Of a stretch of 64,000 bases of DNA, positions 30,689-39,505 are shown one piece after another. Every line of letters begins with the position of its first letter. Position 1 is the first letter of the stretch. The stretch lies in IMG/VR virus record IMGVR_UViG_3300021092_000008. One strand, 5' to 3'. The stretch is from a virus. The position numbers and the translations under genes are program-made. Below the pieces are notes generated by a model. That model did not search any database and had not been told where the DNA came from. It saw nothing but the letters and a program-made list of their open reading frames with translations.

Positions 30689-31198
30689 ATGCCTGCCAAA
30701 TGGTTTGATGAACAACCAAAAAATAGGAATTTCTTAACTCCTATTGGTTTTAAATTAAATTTAGAAATTTTTAATAGTGTAGATTTTTTCTGCCAATCAA
30801 TAAATCTTCCTGATGTAAACATGCCGTTTACTGACGTACCAACAAGATTTAGATCGTTTCCAATTGTTCCTGGTGGTGGAATGCAATTTGGTGATCTAAG
30901 AATTAGATTTATTATTGATGAAGATTTACACAATTATAACTCTATTCATTCGTGGATCAAAAAAAATTCTGGGGCTAACGAACATCCAGATATGCCAGAG
31001 TATTCACATGGTCAATTGTTTATTCTGACATCTAATTTTAATACAAATAGAATTGTAGATTTTGAAAATTTATTTCCTATTAGTTTAACTGATATTACTT
31101 TTGATTCTACAGCAACCGATGTAGAATATTTTACTGCTGACATATCATTCAAATTTACTGACTACACTATTCGTGATAAAAACTTTAAACCAATATGA
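30689..31198 (+). CDS. gp3: Tail completion / tube terminator gp3
   Basis: NRNFL.P.GF, FFCQ..NLP, F.IDEDL.NY, FP.SL motifs. Confidence 0.9.
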   Translation: MPAKWFDEQPKNRNFLTPIGFKLNLEIFNSVDFFCQSINLPDVNMPFTDVPTRFRSFPIVPGGGMQFGDLRIRFIIDEDLHNYNSIHSWIKKNSGANEHPDMPEYSHGQLFILTSNFNTNRIVDFENLFPISLTDITFDSTATDVEYFTADISFKFTDYTIRDKNFKPI

Positions 31199-31671
31199 AA
31201 TTTGAAACTATAGTATCTCTCTTTGAAGGCATAAAAAATCAATGGAAAGAAGATTCAGAAATTGATTTCCAATTTAAAAATAAACAATATTCGGAAGATC
31301 TAGCAAGGTTATCTTTAGAGATACCTTTTCAACACAATAAATATTTAAACCATTATACAGATCTTAATGGTATTAAAACCAGTTTAGAATTTAATCTTAG
31401 AAAATTAATAAAAAATAAAAGAGAATATTACGGCGGCGAAGCAGACGCTAAAGTATATGCCGAAAAACCATTTGGATCTAGTATTAAAACATCAGACAAG
31501 ATGAGAGTTTATCTTGAATCAGATGAGGATATTATTAATTTAGAAGCAAAAATTAAATACGTAGACCAAGCATTATATTTTCTAGATCAGGTTTTAAGAA
31601 TGATTTCGCAAAGAAATTATCACATTAAGAATGCTATTGAATGGGAAAAATTCATCAATGGAAATACATGA
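31195..31671 (+). CDS. uvsY: Recombination mediator UvsY
   Basis: SLEIP..H.KY, EYYGG.A, R.YHIKNAIEW.KF..G motifs. Confidence 0.92.
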   Translation: MKFETIVSLFEGIKNQWKEDSEIDFQFKNKQYSEDLARLSLEIPFQHNKYLNHYTDLNGIKTSLEFNLRKLIKNKREYYGGEADAKVYAEKPFGSSIKTSDKMRVYLESDEDIINLEAKIKYVDQALYFLDQVLRMISQRNYHIKNAIEWEKFINGNT

Positions 31672-33134
31672 TGTCAAATATTATCATCCGTAAGAAGAAC
31701 GAAGTCTTTTTAAAGTTGGAGTCCGAACCTCATGTTCATCGTGAGTTGTCGGACTATTTTTCTTTTGAAATGCCAGAAGCAAAATTTTTAAAAAGAAATC
31801 CTAGATATCGTTATTGGGATGGGGTCATTCATTTGTATTCCCCAGGTACAGGAGAATTATATGGCGGGTTACTTCCCCATTTAAAACAATGGTGTCAAGA
31901 AAGAAGTTACCAGTTATCTTATGAAACAGATAAATGGTATGGCGATGTAGAAGAAAAAAATCAAATGGTTTCTCCCGCTGGGGTTAAAGTGTTTATGGAT
32001 AAGATCTGTAAATTTGCTCCTAGAGATTACCAGTACTCAACTGTATATCAAGCATTAAAAAATAATAGAGGGTTGTTTTTATCTCCTACAGGATCTGGTA
32101 AATCATTAATGATCTATTCGATTGTGAGATATTATGTAGCTACGGGAAAGAAAATTTTATTAGTTGTTCCTACTACTTCTCTCGTTGAACAAATGGTAAA
32201 AGATTTTGGAGAATATGGTTGGAGCACCGAGGAGAATGTACATACAATATATTCGGGCAAAGATAAGAACACAGATAAGCCTGTCATCATTTCTACATGG
32301 CAGTCAATCTACAAATTCCCCAAAAGGTATTTTGACGATATTGACTGTGTTATTGGCGATGAAGCACACCTATTTAAGTCAAAGTCCCTCACAGGAATTA
32401 TGACAAAACTTCATAATGCCAAGTATCGTTTTGGATTTACTGGAACATTAGATGGATCTAAGACACATAAGTGGGTGCTAGAAGGATTGTTTGGTGCCTG
32501 TGAAAAAGTTACAAAGACTGATGATCTAATTAAACAAGGGCACCTATCAAATCTTCGTATCAAAATTCTTGTATGTAAACACGAGTATCAATATTTTGAA
32601 GACTATCATTCTGAAATTGAATACTTAGTGAACAATCGTAAAAGAAACAATTTAATTAAAAACCTTGTACGTGATTTAGAAGGCAACACATTAGTTTTAT
32701 TTAACTATGTCGAGAAACATGGTGAACCTTTGTATGAATTAATAAATAATGATATCGGAGAAAAAAGAAAAATTTTCTTCGTACACGGTTCCGTTGATGT
32801 TGAAAATAGAGAGCAAGTTAGAGTAATTACTGAGCAAGAAAATGATGCTGTAATTATTGCTTCTTACGGAACATTCTCAACTGGAATTAATATTAAAAGA
32901 TTACACAATATTGTATTTGCTTCACCATCTAAATCAAGAATTAGAAATCTTCAGTCAATCGGAAGAGTTCTTCGTAAAGGTGAAGGAAAAGATATAGCAA
33001 CTCTTTATGATATAGCTGATGATATATCAAATGGTAATCGTCAAAATTATACTTTAAATCATTTGGTAGAACGCATCAAAATTTATCAAGAAGAAAATTT
33101 TAAATACGAAACTATAACAATAAATTTAAAATAA
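31668..33134 (+). CDS. uvsW: SF2 helicase UvsW
   Basis: SPTGSGKS, DEAH, QSIGRVLR motifs; the start at the ATGATG overlap with the uvsY stop is preferred to 31641. Confidence 0.96.
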   Translation: MMSNIIIRKKNEVFLKLESEPHVHRELSDYFSFEMPEAKFLKRNPRYRYWDGVIHLYSPGTGELYGGLLPHLKQWCQERSYQLSYETDKWYGDVEEKNQMVSPAGVKVFMDKICKFAPRDYQYSTVYQALKNNRGLFLSPTGSGKSLMIYSIVRYYVATGKKILLVVPTTSLVEQMVKDFGEYGWSTEENVHTIYSGKDKNTDKPVIISTWQSIYKFPKRYFDDIDCVIGDEAHLFKSKSLTGIMTKLHNAKYRFGFTGTLDGSKTHKWVLEGLFGACEKVTKTDDLIKQGHLSNLRIKILVCKHEYQYFEDYHSEIEYLVNNRKRNNLIKNLVRDLEGNTLVLFNYVEKHGEPLYELINNDIGEKRKIFFVHGSVDVENREQVRVITEQENDAVIIASYGTFSTGINIKRLHNIVFASPSKSRIRNLQSIGRVLRKGEGKDIATLYDIADDISNGNRQNYTLNHLVERIKIYQEENFKYETITINLK

Positions 33135-33529
33135 TGGAAGAAGAATTTTATTCAATTATAAAATTAGTATCAGGTGAAGAAATTATTGCTAAAGTATGTT
33201 ACTTGCCAGATGAAGATAGTTTATTAATTGAAAATCCTTTAAAGGTAGAAAGAATGTCACATAAGAAAGGATCTCATTCTGATGGGTTTACTCTCAACGA
33301 ATGGATCCATGCTACTTATGATAATATGTTTGTAATACCTAAAAGTGCTGTTATTACAATGACTGAACTAGATAAAAAAATTGAAGGGTATTACATCAGA
33401 ATGGTAAACAATGAAGAACTATCTAATGAAGTTGATGTGAAACCAGAACGTTTATCTAAACGAATGGGTTACTTAGGATCAGTAACTGATACTAAAAAAT
33501 ACTTAGAAGATATATTTAAAAGAAGCTAA
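33134..33529 (+). CDS. Conserved hypothetical protein, Sm-like fold candidate
   Basis: IKLVSGEEIIAKV...IENPL...W...F.IP...VITM pattern, also present in the three ORFs at 45591-46622. Confidence 0.75.
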   Translation: MEEEFYSIIKLVSGEEIIAKVCYLPDEDSLLIENPLKVERMSHKKGSHSDGFTLNEWIHATYDNMFVIPKSAVITMTELDKKIEGYYIRMVNNEELSNEVDVKPERLSKRMGYLGSVTDTKKYLEDIFKRS

Positions 33530-33561
33530 AAGCTATATATCCTTTGAACCCTGACAGAGTT

Positions 33562-33590
33562 ATTGTACTGGGTTTTTGAGATCTTGTCAA
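33562..33590 (-). promoter_or_regulatory. Divergent antisense sigma70-type promoter
   Basis: Minus strand TTGACA (33590-33585), 17 bp spacer, TACAAT (33567-33562). Confidence 0.6.
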
Positions 33591-33596
33591 GCCCCC

Positions 33597-33625
33597 TTGA
33601 CATTTTGTGAGGAATCCTTTATACT
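33597..33625 (+). promoter_or_regulatory. Sigma70-type promoter for gp55
   Basis: TTGACA (33597-33602), 17 bp spacer, TATACT (33620-33625). Confidence 0.85.
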
Positions 33626-33647
33626 CGTATCAAGACTAACAAATCAT

Positions 33648-34139
33648 ATGAGCAAGAAAAATACAGAGTATTATGTAAATAACAAAGAATTTTTAGAAGC
33701 AATAACTGTGTTTAAAAAACAAGTTAATGAAGCTAAGAAAAACGATCTTGCTCGCCCACGTATCACTAGGTATATTGGTGATTGTTTTTTAAAGATCGCT
33801 ACACATTTATCCTATAAACCAAACTTTGTCAACTATACTTTTAGAGATGACATGATCTCCGATGGTGTAGAAAATTGTGTACAATACATTGATAACTTTG
33901 ATCCAGAAAAATCACAGAATCCGTTTGCTTATTTCACACAAATTATTTACTATGCCTTCTTAAGAAGGATTCAAAAAGAAAAGAAACAGTTAGAAATTAA
34001 AAATAAAATTTTAGAAAAGTCTGGATACGACCATGTAATGTATACAGAAAGCTACAATGGAGATATGGCTGGTATGAATTCCAGTTATTCTGATATGACA
34101 GGCATCAAAGAATCACTTGAGATTAGGAACAAAAGATGA
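33648..34139 (+). CDS. gp55: Late transcription sigma factor gp55
   Basis: YYVNNKEF, NFVNYTFRDDMISDG.ENC, NPFAYFTQI motifs; ATG at 33648 lies downstream of the promoter. Confidence 0.96.
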   Translation: MSKKNTEYYVNNKEFLEAITVFKKQVNEAKKNDLARPRITRYIGDCFLKIATHLSYKPNFVNYTFRDDMISDGVENCVQYIDNFDPEKSQNPFAYFTQIIYYAFLRRIQKEKKQLEIKNKILEKSGYDHVMYTESYNGDMAGMNSSYSDMTGIKESLEIRNKR

Positions 34140-35182
34140 CAATTGCTCTTATTACAGATCAACATTTAGATGGTCGTAAAGGAAGTTTAGTTTTTTGGGA
34201 ATACTTTAAAAAGTTTTACGATGAAATTTTCTTCCCCACACTTAAAAAACATAATATCAAAACTGTTATTGATCTTGGAGACACATTCGATAATAGAAAG
34301 AGTATTGATTTTAATGTTTGGAATCGTATTCGGAAGCATTATTTTGATCGCCTCAGGGATTCTGGTATTTCCGTTCATATGATTCTTGGTAATCATTGTA
34401 CATACTATAAAAATACAAACGAGATCAACTCCCCAGAACTTCTTTTACAGGAATACGATAACATTCAAATCTATTCCAAACCAGAGACAGTAATGATTGA
34501 TGGCACTAAAATTCTTATGATGCCATGGATCAATTCTTCTAACATGGAAGAAACAATGGCATGGATTAATGATACCAGTGCTGAGATTGCTATGGGTCAT
34601 TTAGAACTGAATGGATTTGTAGTTACCCCAGGAACAAAAATGGATCATGGTATGGATCCTTCCATCTTTAAAAAATTCAAACAAGTATTCTCTGGGCACT
34701 TTCATCATAAATCTTCTAGAGGAAACATTACCTACTTAGGTAATCCTTACCAAATGTTTTGGAACGATTATAAAGACGAGCGAGGATTTCATCTCTATGA
34801 ACCAAAGACCAATAAACTCAAGCGGGTCAAGAACCCTTATGAGATTTTCCAGAAAGTATTTTATAATGATTCTACTGGTTCTCATCTCAGCATCGATCCC
34901 TCTCAGTTTACAAATTCTTATGTCAAGATTATCGTAGAAGAGAAAAAAGATTATCAACAGTTTGAAGATCTTCTTGAAAAACTATATCAAGCAAATGTCA
35001 TTGATTTAAAAATTGTAGAAACATTCATTGATGACAACACAGAAGAAGATACTGATGTTGAAATTAAAGATACGCTTACTCTTCTCAATGAATATATTGA
35101 CGAGGTAGAGATATCCGTAGATAAAAATAAATTAAAACAACTTATGAAATCACTATATATTGAAAGTTGTGAAGTAGTATAA
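34136..35182 (+). CDS. gp47: Recombination endonuclease subunit gp47 (Mre11/SbcD-like)
   Basis: TDQH, LGDTFD, GNH, SGHFH phosphoesterase motifs. Confidence 0.96.
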   Translation: MTIALITDQHLDGRKGSLVFWEYFKKFYDEIFFPTLKKHNIKTVIDLGDTFDNRKSIDFNVWNRIRKHYFDRLRDSGISVHMILGNHCTYYKNTNEINSPELLLQEYDNIQIYSKPETVMIDGTKILMMPWINSSNMEETMAWINDTSAEIAMGHLELNGFVVTPGTKMDHGMDPSIFKKFKQVFSGHFHHKSSRGNITYLGNPYQMFWNDYKDERGFHLYEPKTNKLKRVKNPYEIFQKVFYNDSTGSHLSIDPSQFTNSYVKIIVEEKKDYQQFEDLLEKLYQANVIDLKIVETFIDDNTEEDTDVEIKDTLTLLNEYIDEVEISVDKNKLKQLMKSLYIESCEVV

Positions 35183-35186
35183 ACTT

Positions 35187-35450
35187 ATGTTCATCATTAC
35201 ACTTCAACATAGAGAAGATGGAGTCTATTCGGTGTTATCTGATAATGGTGAACACATTATTCCTTTATTTGAAGATGAGGATGATGCTGATCGTTATTTA
35301 ATTTTACTTGAACTTGAAGATGAAACAACCCCGCCAATGAGAGTAAGACCTATTGACGGGGATGTTATAATACAAGCATGTACAGAAAGATCCCAAAAAT
35401 ATTCAGTCATAACTTCTGACGATTTTATTATTCCACCTAATCCACCATGA
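35187..35450 (+). CDS. DUF3110-like hypothetical protein
   Basis: DGVYSV...LFEDEDDADRY..LLE resembles a small cyanobacterial family (recognised from memory). Confidence 0.65.
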   Translation: MFIITLQHREDGVYSVLSDNGEHIIPLFEDEDDADRYLILLELEDETTPPMRVRPIDGDVIIQACTERSQKYSVITSDDFIIPPNPP

Positions 35451-37177
35451 TCATTTTTAAAACTATCCGTTGGAAAAATTTTCTCTCAACTGGGAATGTT
35501 TTTACTGAAATCAATTTGGATTCTAATAAATCAAATTTAATTGTCGGAACTAATGGAGCAGGTAAGAGCACTATTCTGGATGCTCTTACTTTTTCTTTGT
35601 TTGGGAGACCATTTCGTAAGATTAATAAACCGATGCTTGTGAATAGCATCAATGAAAAAGATTGTCTTACTGAAATTGAATTCTCTATTGGCAAGAATGA
35701 ATTCAGGATTCGCCGTGGAATTAAACCAAACATCTTTGAAATCTATCAGAACGGTGCCATGTTGGATCAAGCATCTTCTGCCATTGATTTTCAAAATCAA
35801 TTGGAACAAAATATTTTAAAAATGAACTATAGATCTTTCACACAGATTGTTGTGCTTGGATCTTCTACGTTTGTTCCTTTTATGAGATTGCCGATTGCTT
35901 CTCGTCGAGAAATCATTGAAGATATTCTGGACATTCAAATCTTTTCTGTGATGAATCAAAACCTGAAAGAAAAGGTTAGAATCATTAATGATGAAGTTAA
36001 AGATCATCAATACAAATATGATTTATTAAAAGAAAAAATTTCTATGCAGAAGCAATTCATGCTAGATATTGAAAAGAAAAATAAAGAAGACATTCAAGAA
36101 AAAGAGAATCGTAAAGAAATTTTATTAAAAGAAGCACTTAATCATGAATCTGAAATCCTCGATAACGACAAGGAAATCGACGCTAAGACCATTGCCGTTT
36201 CAGACACGTCGAAAGTTAAAGCAACAATCTCTAAGGTTGATTCGCTCAAGAACAAAATTGCAACCAAACAAAAGTCATATAATAAAGAAAAAGTATTCTT
36301 TGAGCAGAATGATTCGTGCCCGACATGTGGGCAATCGATTGAGGAGCATTTTAAACAAGAGAAGATCCAAGTTCTCTCGGATAAACTTGCTGAGGTGGAG
36401 AAAGCTATGTCTGATTTGGGACAACAACTTTCCAATCTCCAAAGTCAAGAAGATACCTTTATTCTTTTGATTGATGAAATAAACGAACTCAATCTAAAGA
36501 ATCGACAACTCAATAATGAAATCAGGTCACTTCATAAAAGAATTTTTGAACTTGATGATGAGATTAAAAAATTAGAAGACACTGACGTAAATCAAAAAGA
36601 ACAGTTTGTGATCCTTAAAGATCTTACTGATCAAAGTAAAACGGTACAGAAAACTATTTCTGATACTAAAGAAGAAAAAGATTGCTTGACCGTTGCTTCT
36701 ATGCTTCTGAAAGATAATGGAATCAAAACCAGAATTATTAAGAAGTATCTGCCAGTAATGAATAAACTACTGAACCAGTATCTTCAGAATATGGATTTCT
36801 ATGTTAACTTTACATTGAATGAAAATTTTGAAGAAACAATTAAATCAAGATATAGGGATGTGTTTTCTTATGAATCTTTTTCTGAAGGAGAGAAAGCTAG
36901 AATTGATATTGCTCTGCTGCTTACTTGGAGAGCTATTGCTAAACTTAAGAATAGCGTAGATACTAACCTCCTGATCTTAGATGAAATCTTTGATGGTTCT
37001 TTAGATCAAACTGGCAGCGGTGAACTTAGTTTTATTCTCAGAAAATTTGATGACAATACAAATGTATTTGTAATCACTCATAAAGAACAACTTATTGACA
37101 AATTTGATAGAACAATCACTTTTGATAAAGTCAAAAATTATAGTGTTGCTAGTGTGACACTTTCTGAACTGGACTAA
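35447..37177 (+). CDS. gp46: Recombination endonuclease subunit gp46 (Rad50/SbcC-like)
   Basis: GTNGAGKS, CPTCGQ zinc hook, FSEGEK, LILDEIFD motifs. Confidence 0.97.
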   Translation: MIIFKTIRWKNFLSTGNVFTEINLDSNKSNLIVGTNGAGKSTILDALTFSLFGRPFRKINKPMLVNSINEKDCLTEIEFSIGKNEFRIRRGIKPNIFEIYQNGAMLDQASSAIDFQNQLEQNILKMNYRSFTQIVVLGSSTFVPFMRLPIASRREIIEDILDIQIFSVMNQNLKEKVRIINDEVKDHQYKYDLLKEKISMQKQFMLDIEKKNKEDIQEKENRKEILLKEALNHESEILDNDKEIDAKTIAVSDTSKVKATISKVDSLKNKIATKQKSYNKEKVFFEQNDSCPTCGQSIEEHFKQEKIQVLSDKLAEVEKAMSDLGQQLSNLQSQEDTFILLIDEINELNLKNRQLNNEIRSLHKRIFELDDEIKKLEDTDVNQKEQFVILKDLTDQSKTVQKTISDTKEEKDCLTVASMLLKDNGIKTRIIKKYLPVMNKLLNQYLQNMDFYVNFTLNENFEETIKSRYRDVFSYESFSEGEKARIDIALLLTWRAIAKLKNSVDTNLLILDEIFDGSLDQTGSGELSFILRKFDDNTNVFVITHKEQLIDKFDRTITFDKVKNYSVASVTLSELD

Positions 37178-37211
37178 GGCAGGGGCAACTCTGCCTTTTT
37201 TAGTTTAAAAT
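37156..37211 (+). promoter_or_regulatory. Palindrome + hairpin + -10 element (early-type promoter, copy 1)
   Basis: GACACTT-TCTG-AACTGG, hairpin AAGGCAGGG-GCAA-CTCTGCCTT with T run, TAAAAT at 37206-37211. Confidence 0.65.
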
Positions 37212-37232
37212 GATTTCAGTTGAAACAAACCC

Positions 37233-39419
37233 ATGACCGTCAATCACGAAGTTAAAGGTACTCTCGCCAAACTGCTTGCTACAGAGAACCTTATCATTGA
37301 GCACAGGAAGGTCTCTACCGCCTGCTTTGATGTTCTGAACCGTGTTCTGGTACTTCCTATCTGGGACAGAGCTTCAAGCACCGTGTACGACCTCCTGGTG
37401 GGGCATGAGGTGGGTCATGCTATCTATACCCCTAGCGAAGATTGGTCTGAGAAGTATAAAATTCCTAAAGACTTTGTGAACGTGATTGAGGATGCTCGTA
37501 TTGAGAAGCTGATGAAGCGTAAGTATCCTGGTCTTGCTCGTAGTTTTTATAACGGATACAAAGAACTTAATGATGATGACTTCTTTAGTATTGCTAATGA
37601 AGATATGAATAACGTTTCTTTGATTGACCGTATCAATCTTCATTTCAAAATCGGTTCTCATGCTTGTATTCCTTTTTCCGAGAAGGAACAAATGTATGTT
37701 GAAATGACTGAGAAAGCAGAAAGCTTTCAGGATGTTATTGAAATCTGTCAATTAATTTATAAAGAGATCCAAGATAAAATACAGGAGTCTGTGGAAGTTC
37801 CCGCCAATGTTTCCAATAATGAATCTGGTGTAGGTGAAAACATGAATGGTAGTCAATCTTCTTCAGAAGAATTTACCGAAGAATCTGAGGAAGGAGATAC
37901 AAACAGTACGGAAGAAAATTTATCTGATATGCTTGATAGCAATTCCAATTCTGTTCATCCTGAAGTTGATGAGACTGTTTCTAAAACTCAAAAGTCGTTT
38001 GATAATGAAGCAGAAAAACTGACGGATAAATTTCCTTTTGTTGATGATCATACTTACGTCGAAGTTCCTGAAGCTGAGATCGATAAAATTATTGTAGATA
38101 CGAATACCATTCGTCCTTATTTGACTGCCCAATTTCGTTATACTGAGCTTGACAAGCAAAAACATTTCGGGAAAATTTTTGATCGCTCAGATACTGAGTA
38201 TCGTAAATATAAAACAGAATCTCAAAAAGAAGTTAATTATCTTGTTAAAGAATTTGAGATGAAAAAATCTGCTGATTCTTATCAACGGTCGGCAGTTTCT
38301 AAAACTGGTGTTCTTGATACTGGTAAACTTCATACTTACAAGTACAATGAAGATCTTTTCAAGAAAGTTTCTGTAATTCCTGACGGTAAAAATCATGGTC
38401 TAATTTTTGTGGTTGACTGGTCTGGTTCTATGGGGAACTATATTCTTGATACTGTCAAGCAATTACTTAATCTTGTTTGGTTCTGTAAGAAAGTTCAAAT
38501 TCCTTTTGAGGTATATGGATTTACTTATGAATGGTCTCCTCGTTTAGTTGATGCTAATTGTGATTTTGATTTTGAAAAAAATTACAGGTACGAACGAAAG
38601 CATGGATCAATTTCTATCCATAGGAATTTTTATCTCTTAAACTTCCTCACTTCTAAAGCAAGTGGTAGAAACTTTGAGCAAGATTGCCTTCACCTTTGGC
38701 GACTTGCTTTTAAGATGGGAGATCCCCACGACAATTCGTATCGTATTCCTCCTGGTTTTGATTTGAGTGGAACTCCCCTTAATGAATCAGTGATTGCCCT
38801 TCATCAAATTATTCCTCAGTTCAAATCTCAGTACAAACTCCAAAAAGTAAATGTTGTTATTCTTACTGATGGGGAATCTAATGGAATTACCTATGATGTA
38901 GATCTCAGTAGAAAGTATCCTGGTGGTCCTAGTCGTCTTGGCAATCATCATGTAAACAATCAAATTCTTCGTAATCGAAAGACTGGTCGAATCTATCGTA
39001 GGTTCGGTAACAGGATGCCCGATGGGATTACTACTATTCTTTTAGAAGATCTCAAGCATACTTTTCCAGAAGTTAACTTGATTGGTTTCCGTATTCTTAC
39101 TGGATCTAGTGCTTCTAGTTTGATCCGTGAATCACAAGGTCTTAATAGCTACAACTATTTTGTTGAAGAACCTAAGTCCGTTAAAAAAGCACAAGATCTT
39201 ATTTCTATTTGGAAAAAAGATAAGTCTGTTGAATTGAATGAAGGTATTGGTTATCACGCTCTGTATGCTATTTCCGCTCATAATCTTTCTGCTAACACAG
39301 AATTTGATGTAGATCAAAATGCTTCTACTAAAGAAATTGGTAGAGCATTCCGAGGAATGCTTAAAAAGAAAACAGTGAATAAGAAAATTCTTTCGTCGTT
39401 TGCTAGACTCGTATCTTGA
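37233..39419 (+). CDS. HExxH metallopeptidase-like / VWA domain protein (CobT-like partner of the AAA ATPase)
   Basis: HEVGH and N.IEDARIE in the N-terminus, acidic linker, MIDAS DWSGSM, GTPL and LTDGE motifs. Confidence 0.85.
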   Translation: MTVNHEVKGTLAKLLATENLIIEHRKVSTACFDVLNRVLVLPIWDRASSTVYDLLVGHEVGHAIYTPSEDWSEKYKIPKDFVNVIEDARIEKLMKRKYPGLARSFYNGYKELNDDDFFSIANEDMNNVSLIDRINLHFKIGSHACIPFSEKEQMYVEMTEKAESFQDVIEICQLIYKEIQDKIQESVEVPANVSNNESGVGENMNGSQSSSEEFTEESEEGDTNSTEENLSDMLDSNSNSVHPEVDETVSKTQKSFDNEAEKLTDKFPFVDDHTYVEVPEAEIDKIIVDTNTIRPYLTAQFRYTELDKQKHFGKIFDRSDTEYRKYKTESQKEVNYLVKEFEMKKSADSYQRSAVSKTGVLDTGKLHTYKYNEDLFKKVSVIPDGKNHGLIFVVDWSGSMGNYILDTVKQLLNLVWFCKKVQIPFEVYGFTYEWSPRLVDANCDFDFEKNYRYERKHGSISIHRNFYLLNFLTSKASGRNFEQDCLHLWRLAFKMGDPHDNSYRIPPGFDLSGTPLNESVIALHQIIPQFKSQYKLQKVNVVILTDGESNGITYDVDLSRKYPGGPSRLGNHHVNNQILRNRKTGRIYRRFGNRMPDGITTILLEDLKHTFPEVNLIGFRILTGSSASSLIRESQGLNSYNYFVEEPKSVKKAQDLISIWKKDKSVELNEGIGYHALYAISAHNLSANTEFDVDQNASTKEIGRAFRGMLKKKTVNKKILSSFARLVS

Positions 39420-39426
39420 CAAGTAA

Positions 39427-39482
39427 TCCAGTTTTAAAACTGTCTACCCCCCCTTCTCAGGAAGGGGTTTTTCTTTTATAAT
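39427..39482 (+). promoter_or_regulatory. Palindrome + hairpin + -10 element (early-type promoter, copy 2)
   Basis: TCCAGTT-TTAA-AACTGT, hairpin CCCCTTC-TCAG-GAAGGGG with T run, TATAAT at 39477-39482. Confidence 0.65.
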
Positions 39483-39505
39483 ACTTACACAACACAAGAG
39501 GTTTT

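Noticed and set aside
33576-33647. Upstream extension of gp55 in the ORF track (and similar extensions at 15974, 19996, 21913, 31641, 40500, 59962)
   Set aside because: The extensions run across promoters or upstream genes; downstream ATGs with RBS or stop-start overlaps fit better.
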